Shown here: positions 29,108 to 38,020 of the stretch, piece after piece
Layout: each line of letters begins with the position of its first letter
Position numbering within the stretch: the first letter of the stretch is position 1
NCBI GenBank assembly: GCA_048940445.1
Contig: JBHLON010000016.1
Location: 4,322-68,321 of the forward strand
Direction of reading: 5' to 3'
Length of the DNA stretch: 64,000 nucleotides
From: Promethearchaeota archaeon
GTDB taxonomy: Archaea; Asgardarchaeota; Lokiarchaeia; Sigyniarchaeales; SOKP01
Notes under the pieces: model-generated
What the model saw: only the letters and a program-made list of their open reading frames with translations
What the model was told of the DNA's origin: nothing
Database searches by the model: none
Position numbers and translations under genes: made by a program

Positions 29108-29974
29108 ATGAATTCTGAGACAATAAATGAAAATGATTTGGTATTTTTAGTTCTAGATGACAGAAGAAAATGGTTAATTAAAGTAAAATCTGGAAAAGAA
29201 TTCCATACTCATAAGGGGATAATTTATTTTAATGAAATTATAGGAAAACCTTATGGATCAGTTATATTTTCAAAACCACATGAGACTCAAGGTTATAAAT
29301 TCTATGTAATGCGCCCATTGCCTTCTGATTATATACAATATATAAGGCGTAAAACGCAAATAATTTATCCCGAAGATGCGGGATTAATATTAATTTATAC
29401 TGGAATAGGACCGGGTAGTAAGGTAATTGAAGCCGGATGTGGTTCAGGTGCTTTAACTTGCATCTTAGCTAACTATGTTCGGCCGAATGGGCATATATAT
29501 TCATACGATATTAAACAAAAGCATATAAACAGGGCATTAAAAAATATTGAAAAAGCACAATTGCAGGATTTCGCAACTATTCAATATGGAGATATTTTAA
29601 TTGATCATTTTGAGCATAGAGCAATGGATTCTGTTGTATTGGATATGCCAGAACCCTGGAATGCCGTTGAAAAAGTTAAAAAATATTTAAAATTGAGTGG
29701 AACTCTCGTTTCATTTTCTCCAACAATAGAACAAGTAAAAAAGACAACCCGTTCGCTTAAAAATAACCAATTTTTTGATATAAAAACTTACGAACTCATT
29801 AAAAGAGAAATACAAGTAAAAAAGAATGCTACAAGACCTATGTCTAGAATGGTTGGACACACTGGTTATATGACATTTGCTCGAAAAGTACATGATTACA
29901 AAAATCCTTATCGCGAAAAAAAGCCTATTAAGGATGAATTTATTAATTTGGATGGAATGCCATTAAGAGGTTAG
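29108..29974 (+). CDS. trmI: tRNA (adenine-N1)-methyltransferase TrmI/Gcd14
   Basis: 'IIYPEDAGLI', 'EAGCGSGALT' and 'VLDMPEPW', typical of the Gcd14/TrmI family. Confidence 0.85.
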   Translation: MNSETINENDLVFLVLDDRRKWLIKVKSGKEFHTHKGIIYFNEIIGKPYGSVIFSKPHETQGYKFYVMRPLPSDYIQYIRRKTQIIYPEDAGLILIYTGIGPGSKVIEAGCGSGALTCILANYVRPNGHIYSYDIKQKHINRALKNIEKAQLQDFATIQYGDILIDHFEHRAMDSVVLDMPEPWNAVEKVKKYLKLSGTLVSFSPTIEQVKKTTRSLKNNQFFDIKTYELIKREIQVKKNATRPMSRMVGHTGYMTFARKVHDYKNPYREKKPIKDEFINLDGMPLRG

Positions 29975-29980
29975 AATATT

Positions 29981-30319
29981 ATGGAAATTGATTATAAGGA
30001 ATTTTCTAGTTTAGATATCAGAGTTGGGTTAGTTAAAGAATGTAAAAAAGTAGAAAAATCAAAGAATCTATATAAAATGTCAGTCGATTGTGGAGATGTA
30101 GGGGTAAGGCAAATTATAACAGGTATTTCAAACTATTATTCAATTGAACAATTATTAAATAGAAAGATAATCGTATTAGTAAATTTAAAGCCTAAAATGA
30201 TTATGGGCCTTGAAAGTAAAGGAATGTTATTAGCTGCTGATGTCAATAATGAACCATTTCTACTAAAAATTGATGAAAAAAAAGGAAAATCAGTACCACC
30301 AGGTACTAAAATTAAATAA
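29981..30319 (+). CDS. tRNA-binding domain protein (Trbp111/CsaA/EMAP-like OB fold)
   Basis: 'LDIRVGLVKECKKVEKSKNLYKMSVDCG', 'VNLKPKMIMGLESKGMLLAA'. Starts 6 nt after trmI. Confidence 0.8.
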   Translation: MEIDYKEFSSLDIRVGLVKECKKVEKSKNLYKMSVDCGDVGVRQIITGISNYYSIEQLLNRKIIVLVNLKPKMIMGLESKGMLLAADVNNEPFLLKIDEKKGKSVPPGTKIK

Positions 30320-30745
30320 TTAAAAACCTTTTAATTTTACACCTGTCTGAAATTCTTTCTTCTTCTTAAACCTTTCAGTCTTAAAAAAATGCTTTTTCTT
30401 CTCAGGTAAAATGCTAATATATTTCCTTAAAATATCTTCCACAAATACTTTTGTAGTTTTATTCGGTATTTTACTTGGATCGCTCAAATGAGACAAAACT
30501 TCTTTATTTTTTGAATCTGGTGGAAGTCCTAAATTCTTAATGGGAATATGGAATGAGTGTATGAACCAACCTGCTTTCTTTTCATCATGAGCAATTACTC
30601 TCAGAATATTTTCTTGTTCTTTTCGAATTTTTATATCAAGCAATTTTTTTGACGATCGAACCAGAATGCTTGCGTACACAGGGATATTGCTTTTTGGATC
30701 GTGTATTTTTTTATAAAATTTTTTTAATTTTTCATTCATTTTCAT
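30320..30745 (-). CDS. Hypothetical basic protein
   Basis: The 141-aa ORF fits the gap exactly. No recognisable motif. Confidence 0.45.
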   Translation of the reverse strand: MKMNEKLKKFYKKIHDPKSNIPVYASILVRSSKKLLDIKIRKEQENILRVIAHDEKKAGWFIHSFHIPIKNLGLPPDSKNKEVLSHLSDPSKIPNKTTKVFVEDILRKYISILPEKKKHFFKTERFKKKKEFQTGVKLKGF

Positions 30746-30928
30746 TCAAAACATGAATCATATAATCAGAGCCTTATTTAATCTAATTAAGAATGATAAA
30801 TAAATTTACCATATGACTCTATGGCTTTAAATCAAGGTCTACTCTAATTAAAAAATAAAATTAAAAATCTTTTTTTGTTGTTTATACTTTATTTTTTTAT
30901 TAAATGTTTAAATTTAAAAAGACACAAT

Positions 30929-31351
30929 ATGCCAGTAAGATTAGAAAAATTTGAAATTAATACAAAAGCATTTTGCGATGTAATAGATATAACTTCTCAA
31001 GTGCAAAGTATTATTAATGAAGGCTCAATAACCACAGGGTTAGTAAATGTTCATATTGCAGGATCAACTGGAGCAATTAGCACAACTGAATATGAACCTG
31101 GTTTGGTTAAACATGATATTGAAGATCTTTTTGAAATTTTAATTCCTTATCAAAAAAGCTATCAACATCATAAAACTTGGGGGGATCATAACGGCGCTGG
31201 GCATTTGAGGAGCTTCCTTCTTAAAACATCTCAAACTTTCCCTTTTCATAATAAAAAACTTATTTTAGGCACATGGCAACAAATAATCTTTTGTGAATTT
31301 GATGAAAAACCAAGGAGACGTACAATCTATTGCCAACTAATCGGTGAATAA
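30929..31351 (+). CDS. YjbQ/UPF0047-family protein (secondary thiamine-phosphate synthase-like)
   Basis: 'VHIAGSTGAISTTEYEPGLVKHDIEDL' and 'GAGHLRSFLL'. The track start at 30875 is non-ATG; I prefer ATG 30929. Confidence 0.8.
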   Translation: MPVRLEKFEINTKAFCDVIDITSQVQSIINEGSITTGLVNVHIAGSTGAISTTEYEPGLVKHDIEDLFEILIPYQKSYQHHKTWGDHNGAGHLRSFLLKTSQTFPFHNKKLILGTWQQIIFCEFDEKPRRRTIYCQLIGE

Positions 31352-31363
31352 TTAAACAAAAAT

Positions 31364-31582
31364 CTAAATTTTGTTAGTTCCTGTTAGTAATGAATTAAAT
31401 TCATGAACTAACATTTCATAAATTTCTTTACGTTGAATATCTATCATTTTAAGGATTGTATAGTGGCAATCTTCAATCTCATTTTTGAATAGCGGGATTT
31501 TTCTTATAACGTTGTCAAATCGGTTTTTTTGACGGATTTGATAGTTTAAAAATTCTAAAAATTTATTTTGTTCCTCAATCAT
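31364..31582 (-). CDS. Small hypothetical protein
   Basis: 72-aa ORF with no motif. Coding status uncertain. Confidence 0.35.
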   Translation of the reverse strand: MIEEQNKFLEFLNYQIRQKNRFDNVIRKIPLFKNEIEDCHYTILKMIDIQRKEIYEMLVHEFNSLLTGTNKI

Positions 31583-31848
31583 TTAATTTAACCTTACTAG
31601 TTATTATTAGAATAGATAGAAAAACCCTATAAAAAAGCAGAATATTATCCTTAAGTTATTAAAATGTCATTCTTAAATTATAAGAGTATTATTAAAGAAT
31701 TACGGGAGTATTATTTTAAAACCCTTTTGTTTCACATAAGGTTAAAAATAATGATTTTCACTTTCTAATAAATATGTATTGATTGTTTTTATCGTTTTGC
31801 ATTTCTTAAATTCTTAATAATAAGCTATTCGGAAATTGAGTTAAAAGT

Positions 31849-32778
31849 ATGGAAAAAATTATCAAATTAATTGTCTCAGGTTTAGATAACGCAGGCAAAA
31901 CTTCAATCTTAACAGCTTTAGATAAAAAATACGATTTTCATAAGGAAATAATCTCGCTTACTCCAACTATTCGAGTTGAATATCATGCAACTGAATTTTT
32001 AGGACAACGTGTGATCTTTTGGGATTGTGGTGGTCAACAAAAGTACAGGGAATTATATCAAAGTAAACCAAACTTCTATTTTGATGGAACAGATTTGCTT
32101 CTTTATGTTATAGATATTCAAGACAAAGAGAGATATAATATGTCCCTTGAATATTTAGATATGGTATTAGGTTATTTTATAACCAATAAAATTGATGTGC
32201 CTTTAATTGTAACTTTTCATAAATACGATCCTGAAATAAGAAGTGATGATACTTACCTAGAAGAGATAAAAATCTTAAGAAATCAAATATTGGACAAATA
32301 TTCGAATCTTAAAATTCTATTCCAACAGACTTCTATATATGATATAATCTCGATTATTCAATTAGTTTCGTATGGTTTATCTGTATTTGATGAAACATTC
32401 TTTGATTTGTCAGATTTGCTTGAAAATTATCTACAGATATTCAATAGTAAATCTCTTATTATTTTCGATAAAAATGGCATTATTATAAGTGAATTCTATA
32501 ATAGTGAGATACAACCAGAGCATTATATCCACCTATTAGAATCTATAAAAGAGCATCTATTTTTACTTAAAAGAATGCAAGAAGAATCTTATGAGGCAGA
32601 ATATAACTTATCAACAAATAGTACTGGTTTGTTATCATATTTACATCGATTGACAATCGGAAGAGAATCACTATTCATATCTGTAATTTTACAAGAAAAA
32701 CAAAAAGATAATTTTTTAGAGAAATTCTCAGAATTCCTAACAAAAATAGAAGGCATATTAACTCCTATTTTATACTAA
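31849..32778 (+). CDS. Rag/Gtr-family small GTPase with C-terminal (roadblock-like) domain
   Basis: G1 'GLDNAGKT', G3 'WDCGGQ', G4 'FHKYD' (His in place of Asn, as in Rag/Gtr HKxD), 'TSIYD', then a ~140-aa C-terminal domain. The total of 309 aa matches RagA/Gtr1 size. Confidence 0.75.
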   Translation: MEKIIKLIVSGLDNAGKTSILTALDKKYDFHKEIISLTPTIRVEYHATEFLGQRVIFWDCGGQQKYRELYQSKPNFYFDGTDLLLYVIDIQDKERYNMSLEYLDMVLGYFITNKIDVPLIVTFHKYDPEIRSDDTYLEEIKILRNQILDKYSNLKILFQQTSIYDIISIIQLVSYGLSVFDETFFDLSDLLENYLQIFNSKSLIIFDKNGIIISEFYNSEIQPEHYIHLLESIKEHLFLLKRMQEESYEAEYNLSTNSTGLLSYLHRLTIGRESLFISVILQEKQKDNFLEKFSEFLTKIEGILTPILY

Positions 32779-32783
32779 AATCA

Positions 32784-33893
32784 TTAATCTATATTTAAGA
32801 GCTCTCTTGCTTTATCCATCAATTTGCCTTTTTTGTTTTGGTGCAGTCTTATAAACTTAATTACTTTCTCTAAGCACTCTTGTTTATGATCACCACACAT
32901 TAATTCACCTTTTATACAAGCCTCAAAATCTTCAGTTAACTTTTCGTCATTATCCTCAAAATGATACATCAACATCTTATAAATCATGCATTTATTAGGC
33001 TCTCCTCCTAACTCTTGCTGTTCCTTCTTATTTCGACGCCCGCCTGTTAATGCACCCATCACTTTCTTCTCAATCGCTTCTATGGGTTCATTAAAGGTGA
33101 AATAACTATTTGGGTTTCTCTTTGCCATTTTTTCTGATCCATCGATTCCTGCTAATAAATAATGATAAGTTGCGCCTGGAATAAAGAAACCATTATAATA
33201 TCTACGAGTGAGATCTCGAGTTAACCGAATATGAGGGTCTTGATCAATTCCAACTGGAACTAAGGTTGGTTGCGGTCCATCTAAAATTTGTGGCAATACA
33301 ATATCTCCTACTTGAATAAGAGCAGATATATAGAGTCCAAAACTTTTTTCTCCATATATGGCATTTAACATATTCTGAGTCACAAGTCTACTAACTTTAA
33401 AACATACATCTTTAACAATGGGTTCTTGAGATTGCTTCCAAAGATACAATTTTTCAGGGGATGAGTCTAATCCTAAGGCTAAAATATCTGCAATATTGTC
33501 TATTGCAAATTCTTCAGATTCTTCATATGTTAATCCATTATCTTCCCAAGTTTCTATATCAGCAATACCATAATATGCTTTTGCACCCATTTTCTGAAAT
33601 TCGATAATTTCTAGAGCTGTAGTTGATGTTCCAAGATGAAATGGTCCAGAAGGTTTTATACCACTCATTACAGCCCAGGGTTGACCCATCTTTAATGCCT
33701 TATAAATGAGATTTAGATCTCTGTGCCCAAAAATGATTTTTCTTCTAATAAATCGATTTTCAATGAATTTTTCTCTTGTGATTGGGTCTATTTCTTCTAT
33801 GCCAAAATCTTTAATTAACCTAACATAATCTTCTTCTAATAGATGGGTTTCTCCCCATGGATCAATTTTTAGAGCTTCTCTTTTTTTCGGCAT
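32784..33893 (-). CDS. trpS: Tryptophan--tRNA ligase (archaeal/eukaryotic type)
   Basis: Class I motifs 'PSGPFHLGT' (HIGH-like) and 'KMAKRN' (KMSKS-like). 'GIADIE' and the C-terminal 'GELMCGDHK' resemble TrpRS more than TyrRS. Confidence 0.8.
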   Translation of the reverse strand: MPKKREALKIDPWGETHLLEEDYVRLIKDFGIEEIDPITREKFIENRFIRRKIIFGHRDLNLIYKALKMGQPWAVMSGIKPSGPFHLGTSTTALEIIEFQKMGAKAYYGIADIETWEDNGLTYEESEEFAIDNIADILALGLDSSPEKLYLWKQSQEPIVKDVCFKVSRLVTQNMLNAIYGEKSFGLYISALIQVGDIVLPQILDGPQPTLVPVGIDQDPHIRLTRDLTRRYYNGFFIPGATYHYLLAGIDGSEKMAKRNPNSYFTFNEPIEAIEKKVMGALTGGRRNKKEQQELGGEPNKCMIYKMLMYHFEDNDEKLTEDFEACIKGELMCGDHKQECLEKVIKFIRLHQNKKGKLMDKARELLNID

Positions 33894-34106
33894 TTTAACT
33901 CATAGATCATTTATTAATAATAATAAAAATAAGAAAAATAAAAAATTTTGATATTCTTTCTTAATTCTTTACTAATTAAGTGAATATTATCATGTTATAA
34001 TTTAATATACTTTTAAGAAGTTCACTTTATAAAAATAAACTGAACTATTATTCTTTAACAAATTATAAACAAAATCTATAATATATCCTTTTAGTATTAA
34101 GATTCT

Positions 34107-34502
34107 ATGACTGAAGATGAAAATATTTCTGAAGAAGAATGGAGAAAAAACTTAACAAAAGAACAATATTACGTGCTTCGTCAAAAGGGAACAGAAAAAC
34201 CATTCACTGGTAAATATTGGAATAAGCATGATAAAGGAATGTATTATTGTTCAGGATGCGGAACTCCCTTGTTTGATTCGAATACTAAATTTGATTCAGG
34301 GTCTGGTTGGCCTAGTTTTTATGCTCCAATTAACAAGGATGCTATTTCTGAAAAGAAAGATTTAAGTTTTGGTATGAAACGTACAGAAATTGTATGTTCT
34401 AAATGTGGAAGTCATTTAGGTCATGTATTCAAAGATGGACCCAAACCAACAGGATTAAGATACTGCGTAAATTCGATTTCATTAAATTTTGATAAAGTGT
34501 GA
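34107..34502 (+). CDS. msrB: Peptide-methionine (R)-S-oxide reductase
   Basis: 'CSGCGTPLF', 'GWPSF', '[16 protein letters not shown]' and 'RYCVNS'. Confidence 0.9.
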   Translation: MTEDENISEEEWRKNLTKEQYYVLRQKGTEKPFTGKYWNKHDKGMYYCSGCGTPLFDSNTKFDSGSGWPSFYAPINKDAISEKKDLSFGMKRTEIVCSKCGSHLGHVFKDGPKPTGLRYCVNSISLNFDKV

Positions 34503-34535
34503 ATTTCCAAAATAAATGCTAAAAACCATTCATAT

Positions 34536-35414
34536 TTATTTCAATTTTCCACCATATACGGGGAACATGCTCGCATTTCCATAATCCTTTATTTGGGGTA
34601 CATTTTTTAAGAATTCCATGTCTTCTTCAGAAATTACAAAATTCACATCCGCATTGTCTTTCATGTGCGCCGGATTTGCCGTTTTTGGTAATGGAAGAAG
34701 ATCAAGCTGAAGGTCGTAACGAATGGACAATTGTGGCACTGAAACACCATATTTCTCAGCAATTTTTATGATTTCTTGATTTTTCAATAATTCTCCGTGT
34801 GCAATCGGTGAATGAGCCTCTACAAGAATGCCCTTTTCTTGAGTATATTGAATGAGCTCTTTAGGTGTGTTGCTTATATGCGCCAAAATCTGATTTACCA
34901 TTGGTTTTACAGAGCAGAATTCAAGGATGTTATCGATATCTACTTTTTCAAAGTTCGAAAGACCAATGGCATGAAGTTTTCCGTCATTATATGCTTCTTC
35001 AAGAGCTCTCCATGCTTTACGGTTTCCTTCGAAGTAAGGATCTTCTTCACGGAATTCTGTCCAAGGTTGCGGGCTGTGAATAATCATCATGTCAATATAA
35101 TCAAACCCCAATGTTTTAAGCGATTTATCAATTGATGTAACAGCTTTTTTATATGACTTTACTTCTGCAGCAAGTTTTGTGGTCACAAACATATCCTCTC
35201 TTTTCACACCACATGCTCTAATTCCATCTCCAACTCCACTTTCATTACCATATGCTTGAGCTGTATCAATATGCCGATAACCAATTTTTGCAGCATCCCT
35301 TACTGCCTGTGCCACATCCTTATTACTTATAAACCATGTTCCAAGACCTAATTTTGGGATCTCAACCCCATTAGATAGAATATACTTTTCTTCTAAAATC
35401 ATAAATAATTTCAC
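34536..35414 (-). CDS. Aldo/keto reductase (bacterial DkgA/YvgN-like)
   Basis: 'LGLGTW', 'GYRHIDTAQAYGNE', 'FVTTKL' and 'IHSPQPW'. Composition is noticeably less N/K/I-rich than the neighbours. Confidence 0.9.
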   Translation of the reverse strand: MKLFMILEEKYILSNGVEIPKLGLGTWFISNKDVAQAVRDAAKIGYRHIDTAQAYGNESGVGDGIRACGVKREDMFVTTKLAAEVKSYKKAVTSIDKSLKTLGFDYIDMMIIHSPQPWTEFREEDPYFEGNRKAWRALEEAYNDGKLHAIGLSNFEKVDIDNILEFCSVKPMVNQILAHISNTPKELIQYTQEKGILVEAHSPIAHGELLKNQEIIKIAEKYGVSVPQLSIRYDLQLDLLPLPKTANPAHMKDNADVNFVISEEDMEFLKNVPQIKDYGNASMFPVYGGKLK

Positions 35415-35435
35415 CTTTTCATTTTTTTTTGATAA

Positions 35436-35858
35436 CTACAATTTGTCATATTCTTCATCACTTACTTGTTCAAACCATTCGGCATCTCCTAAAGTAGGAT
35501 TCGTACTGATACCAACATGAACAAACCAACTATCTTTTGATGCTCCATGCCAATGTTTCACATTTGGTGGGATTTTCACAACATCACCAGGTTGAAGCGA
35601 TTGTGCTGGTTTTTCCTCTTCTTGATAATATCCTTTACCTCCTGTTACTAGAAGAATTTGTCCCCCTGGATGTGAATGCCATTTGGTCCTTGCTTCTGGT
35701 TCAAAACTTACATTGTATACTGGACAATTAAATTCCTTCTCCGTCACCAGCATTTGAACCCATACATTACCAGTAAAATAGTCACTCGTTGCTTTTTCTC
35801 CCTTGGGAAATATCACACTTTTATCCAAATCATTTTTATTTTGCATTTTCAACCTCAA
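35436..35858 (-). CDS. Cupin-domain protein
   Basis: 'WHSHPGGQILLVTGGKG' and 'PPNVKHWHGA' (the two cupin motifs). Confidence 0.85.
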   Translation of the reverse strand: MRLKMQNKNDLDKSVIFPKGEKATSDYFTGNVWVQMLVTEKEFNCPVYNVSFEPEARTKWHSHPGGQILLVTGGKGYYQEEEKPAQSLQPGDVVKIPPNVKHWHGASKDSWFVHVGISTNPTLGDAEWFEQVSDEEYDKL

Positions 35859-36062
35859 AAATTATTACTATGTAATATAAAAAATTTAATAATTAATTTA
35901 AAAAGTCTCTATTTAGATTATAAGATAAAAAGAACCAAGATTGAAGAAAATAAGAATACAAATCAATATACAAGCAAATAGTAATTTACTCCGTTTGTTC
36001 CCAAAAGAAGTTAATTTATTTTTAAAATTAAAGAAAAATATGATTCTTTCTATAGCTGGGAC

Positions 36063-36803
36063 TTAAATTATTAATTCAAATCCATCATAAGCAGAGAAAG
36101 TGGCTTTAAATATTCTTTTTGCTTTATCTACAGCCCTCTTTCGCGACTCTAAGGTTGGAAATAAACTGGCATCGAAATGTGTAATTATTAACAATTTAGT
36201 ATTGGATTTCCGTGCTACAGTGGCAATTTCTTCAGGTTTTAAATGTGGCCACCCCCATTCTTCTTGACCTATTTTATAAGAACATTCACTTATGAGTAGA
36301 TCTGCGTTATTAGATAACTCATAAAGTGCATCGCAAACACCTGTATCCGTACAATATGTGATAATTTTATTCTCCAACTTAATTCTAAATCCTAAACATT
36401 TATCTGAATGAAGTAAAAGCTTACAGGAAAAGGGAATAGGGTATTCATAATCATTTTCCTCAACTTCCAAAATCTCGATTTTATAAGGAATTTCTTCAAA
36501 TGGGGAAGTATAAGGATGCTTGATTATATTATTTAGATTCTTCTTAGTTCCTTTATAACCAATTATTTTCACAACTTGTTTAAACTTAAATTTATTGAGA
36601 ACATGAAAACCAATTATATGGTCTAGATGTACATGACTGAGAAATAAAAGGATTGGTTTATCTTCCTTAATATAGTCGCATATTTTGTAGAGACCATTCC
36701 CAGCATCAAGAATAACATAATGATCCTTTGATTCAATCAACGTGGAAGTCGTATTATTAAAAGTTGAGTACCAACCATTTGTTCCTAGGAAGATTACCCT
36801 CAA
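36063..36803 (-). CDS. MBL-fold metallo-hydrolase (RNase Z/RNase BN-like)
   Basis: 'FLSHVHLDHIIG' (HxHxDH), 'ILDAGNG', and a late 'THF'. 246 aa. Confidence 0.75.
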   Translation of the reverse strand: MRVIFLGTNGWYSTFNNTTSTLIESKDHYVILDAGNGLYKICDYIKEDKPILLFLSHVHLDHIIGFHVLNKFKFKQVVKIIGYKGTKKNLNNIIKHPYTSPFEEIPYKIEILEVEENDYEYPIPFSCKLLLHSDKCLGFRIKLENKIITYCTDTGVCDALYELSNNADLLISECSYKIGQEEWGWPHLKPEEIATVARKSNTKLLIITHFDASLFPTLESRKRAVDKAKRIFKATFSAYDGFELII

Positions 36804-36959
36804 TTTATCACAACTCTTTCTTAAAATTCAAATTATACTTCTTTTATTTTATTTGGATTAGTGAAACTCCAATTCCATAACAATAAAATACATAATAATA
36901 TTAATTCAGACCTAAGTGGAAAGAAAGGATTCCAATTCATCATATGGAATAAAGTCTTC

Positions 36960-37278
36960 TTAATAAAAAAGATCTACTTTATCTAATAAATTATTCCAAG
37001 AATTAATTCCAAACTGCTTCCATTGACCCCTTCTCGCTGCATTATCATAATTTGCTTTAAAACCAACTGTTTTTGAAGTTGGATTTTTACCATTCTTCTC
37101 CCTATACCCTCTCATTTCTCTAATTGCTCTATCCAAGCCTTTCTTTCCTACATACTTATTTTTTTCAATATGAATTTCTCCAAAAACAAGTCTGAGTAGA
37201 TCATTCCAGTTTTCAATTCCAAATTCTTTCCATTTTTTTTGGAAAACTTTGCGGTTTTTTTAAAACTAAATCCTTCAT
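36960..37278 (-). pseudogene. Frameshifted small gene encoding two 'W-K-x-F-G-I-x-x-W-N-x-L-L' repeats (frameshift in an A8 run)
   Basis: Hand translation: ATG 37278 gives MKDLVLKKPQSFPKK, then the frame breaks in the homopolymer at 37233-37240. The adjacent frame continues WKEFGIENWNDLLRLVFGEIHIEKNKYVGKKGLDRAIREMRGYREKNGKNPTSKTVGFKANYDNAARRGQWKQFGINSWNNLLDKVDLFY*, with the stop at 36960-36962. Confidence 0.5.
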
Positions 37279-37351
37279 TCTATCTATTTGTTTATAAATA
37301 AATTAGCAGTTATTTTGGAAACTCACAAATCTTAAAGAAAAAGAATAGTTT

Positions 37352-37813
37352 CTACAATCCTATTATTGATGAGGAATTTTTATATTCTTTTAAAACCATA
37401 TTTGAGATGGTTTTCATTACGTATGGTTTTTCGTTTAATTCCCTAATGAAATTATGAACATCTTCAGCTTCTTTAAAGCGACATATCAAAAAAGCAGATT
37501 GTTCTCCTGTGGTATGAAATATTGAGCAGACTTCCGGGATTTGTCTTATTTCACTTAAAATTTCAGCAGTATGTTTCCCATCTATCTGGATTCTTATTAA
37601 AAATATCAGCTTATAACCAAGTTTTTCATTATTTAATTTCAATGTATAACCTTCTATAATCCCATTGCTTTCTAACTTAGTTAAGCGATTGTGAATTGTT
37701 CCGATGGAAATTCCAAGTGAATCATGTATTTCACGATAGGAAGTTTTAGCATTTTCTTGAAGGATTCGAATAATACTTCTATCGATATCATCTAAAACTT
37801 TTTCTTTTTTCAT
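37352..37813 (-). CDS. Lrp/AsnC-family transcriptional regulator
   Basis: 'LDDIDRSIIRILQENAKTSYREIHDSLGISIGTIHNRLTKLESNGII' (HTH_AsnC) plus a C-terminal RAM-like domain. Confidence 0.85.
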   Translation of the reverse strand: MKKEKVLDDIDRSIIRILQENAKTSYREIHDSLGISIGTIHNRLTKLESNGIIEGYTLKLNNEKLGYKLIFLIRIQIDGKHTAEILSEIRQIPEVCSIFHTTGEQSAFLICRFKEAEDVHNFIRELNEKPYVMKTISNMVLKEYKNSSSIIGL

Positions 37814-38020
37814 TTTAAAACCATTTGATTCAAGGTAAAAAATAATAGGAGTTCATTATAATGTATTGTGAACAATATTTATAACTTACTTTTTGTAATT
37901 AAAAAAATTTCAATTTTACCATAAATTTCAATTAGTTTTTATAATGATCTCCAAATCATAAAATTCTTTAATCACGCGAAATTAAAAAATTTAAAACAAT
38001 AAGATCAAAGTGAATGAAAG

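Noticed and set aside
34812-35135. Two overlapping plus-strand ORFs (107 aa and 72 aa) inside the aldo/keto reductase gene.
   Set aside because: They are antisense to a clearly conserved AKR. Longer spurious ORFs are expected here because the local GC is higher.
35698-35706. 'GGTTCAAAA' T-loop-like string, considered as a possible tRNA fragment.
   Set aside because: It lies inside the cupin CDS, and there is no flanking acceptor or anticodon stem complementarity.
35676-35981. 101-aa plus-strand ORF overlapping the cupin gene 5' end and the downstream spacer.
   Set aside because: It overlaps the cupin CDS in antisense, and the remainder is AT-rich spacer. No motif.
38003-38015. The 13-mer GATCAAAGTGAAT is present both just upstream of the thermosome ATG (38003-38015) and upstream of hdrA (42641-42653). 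I considered it as a shared regulatory motif.
   Set aside because: In 64 kb of AT-biased sequence, chance 13-mer repeats are expected. The two copies also sit at very different distances from their start codons (6 nt vs ~160 nt).
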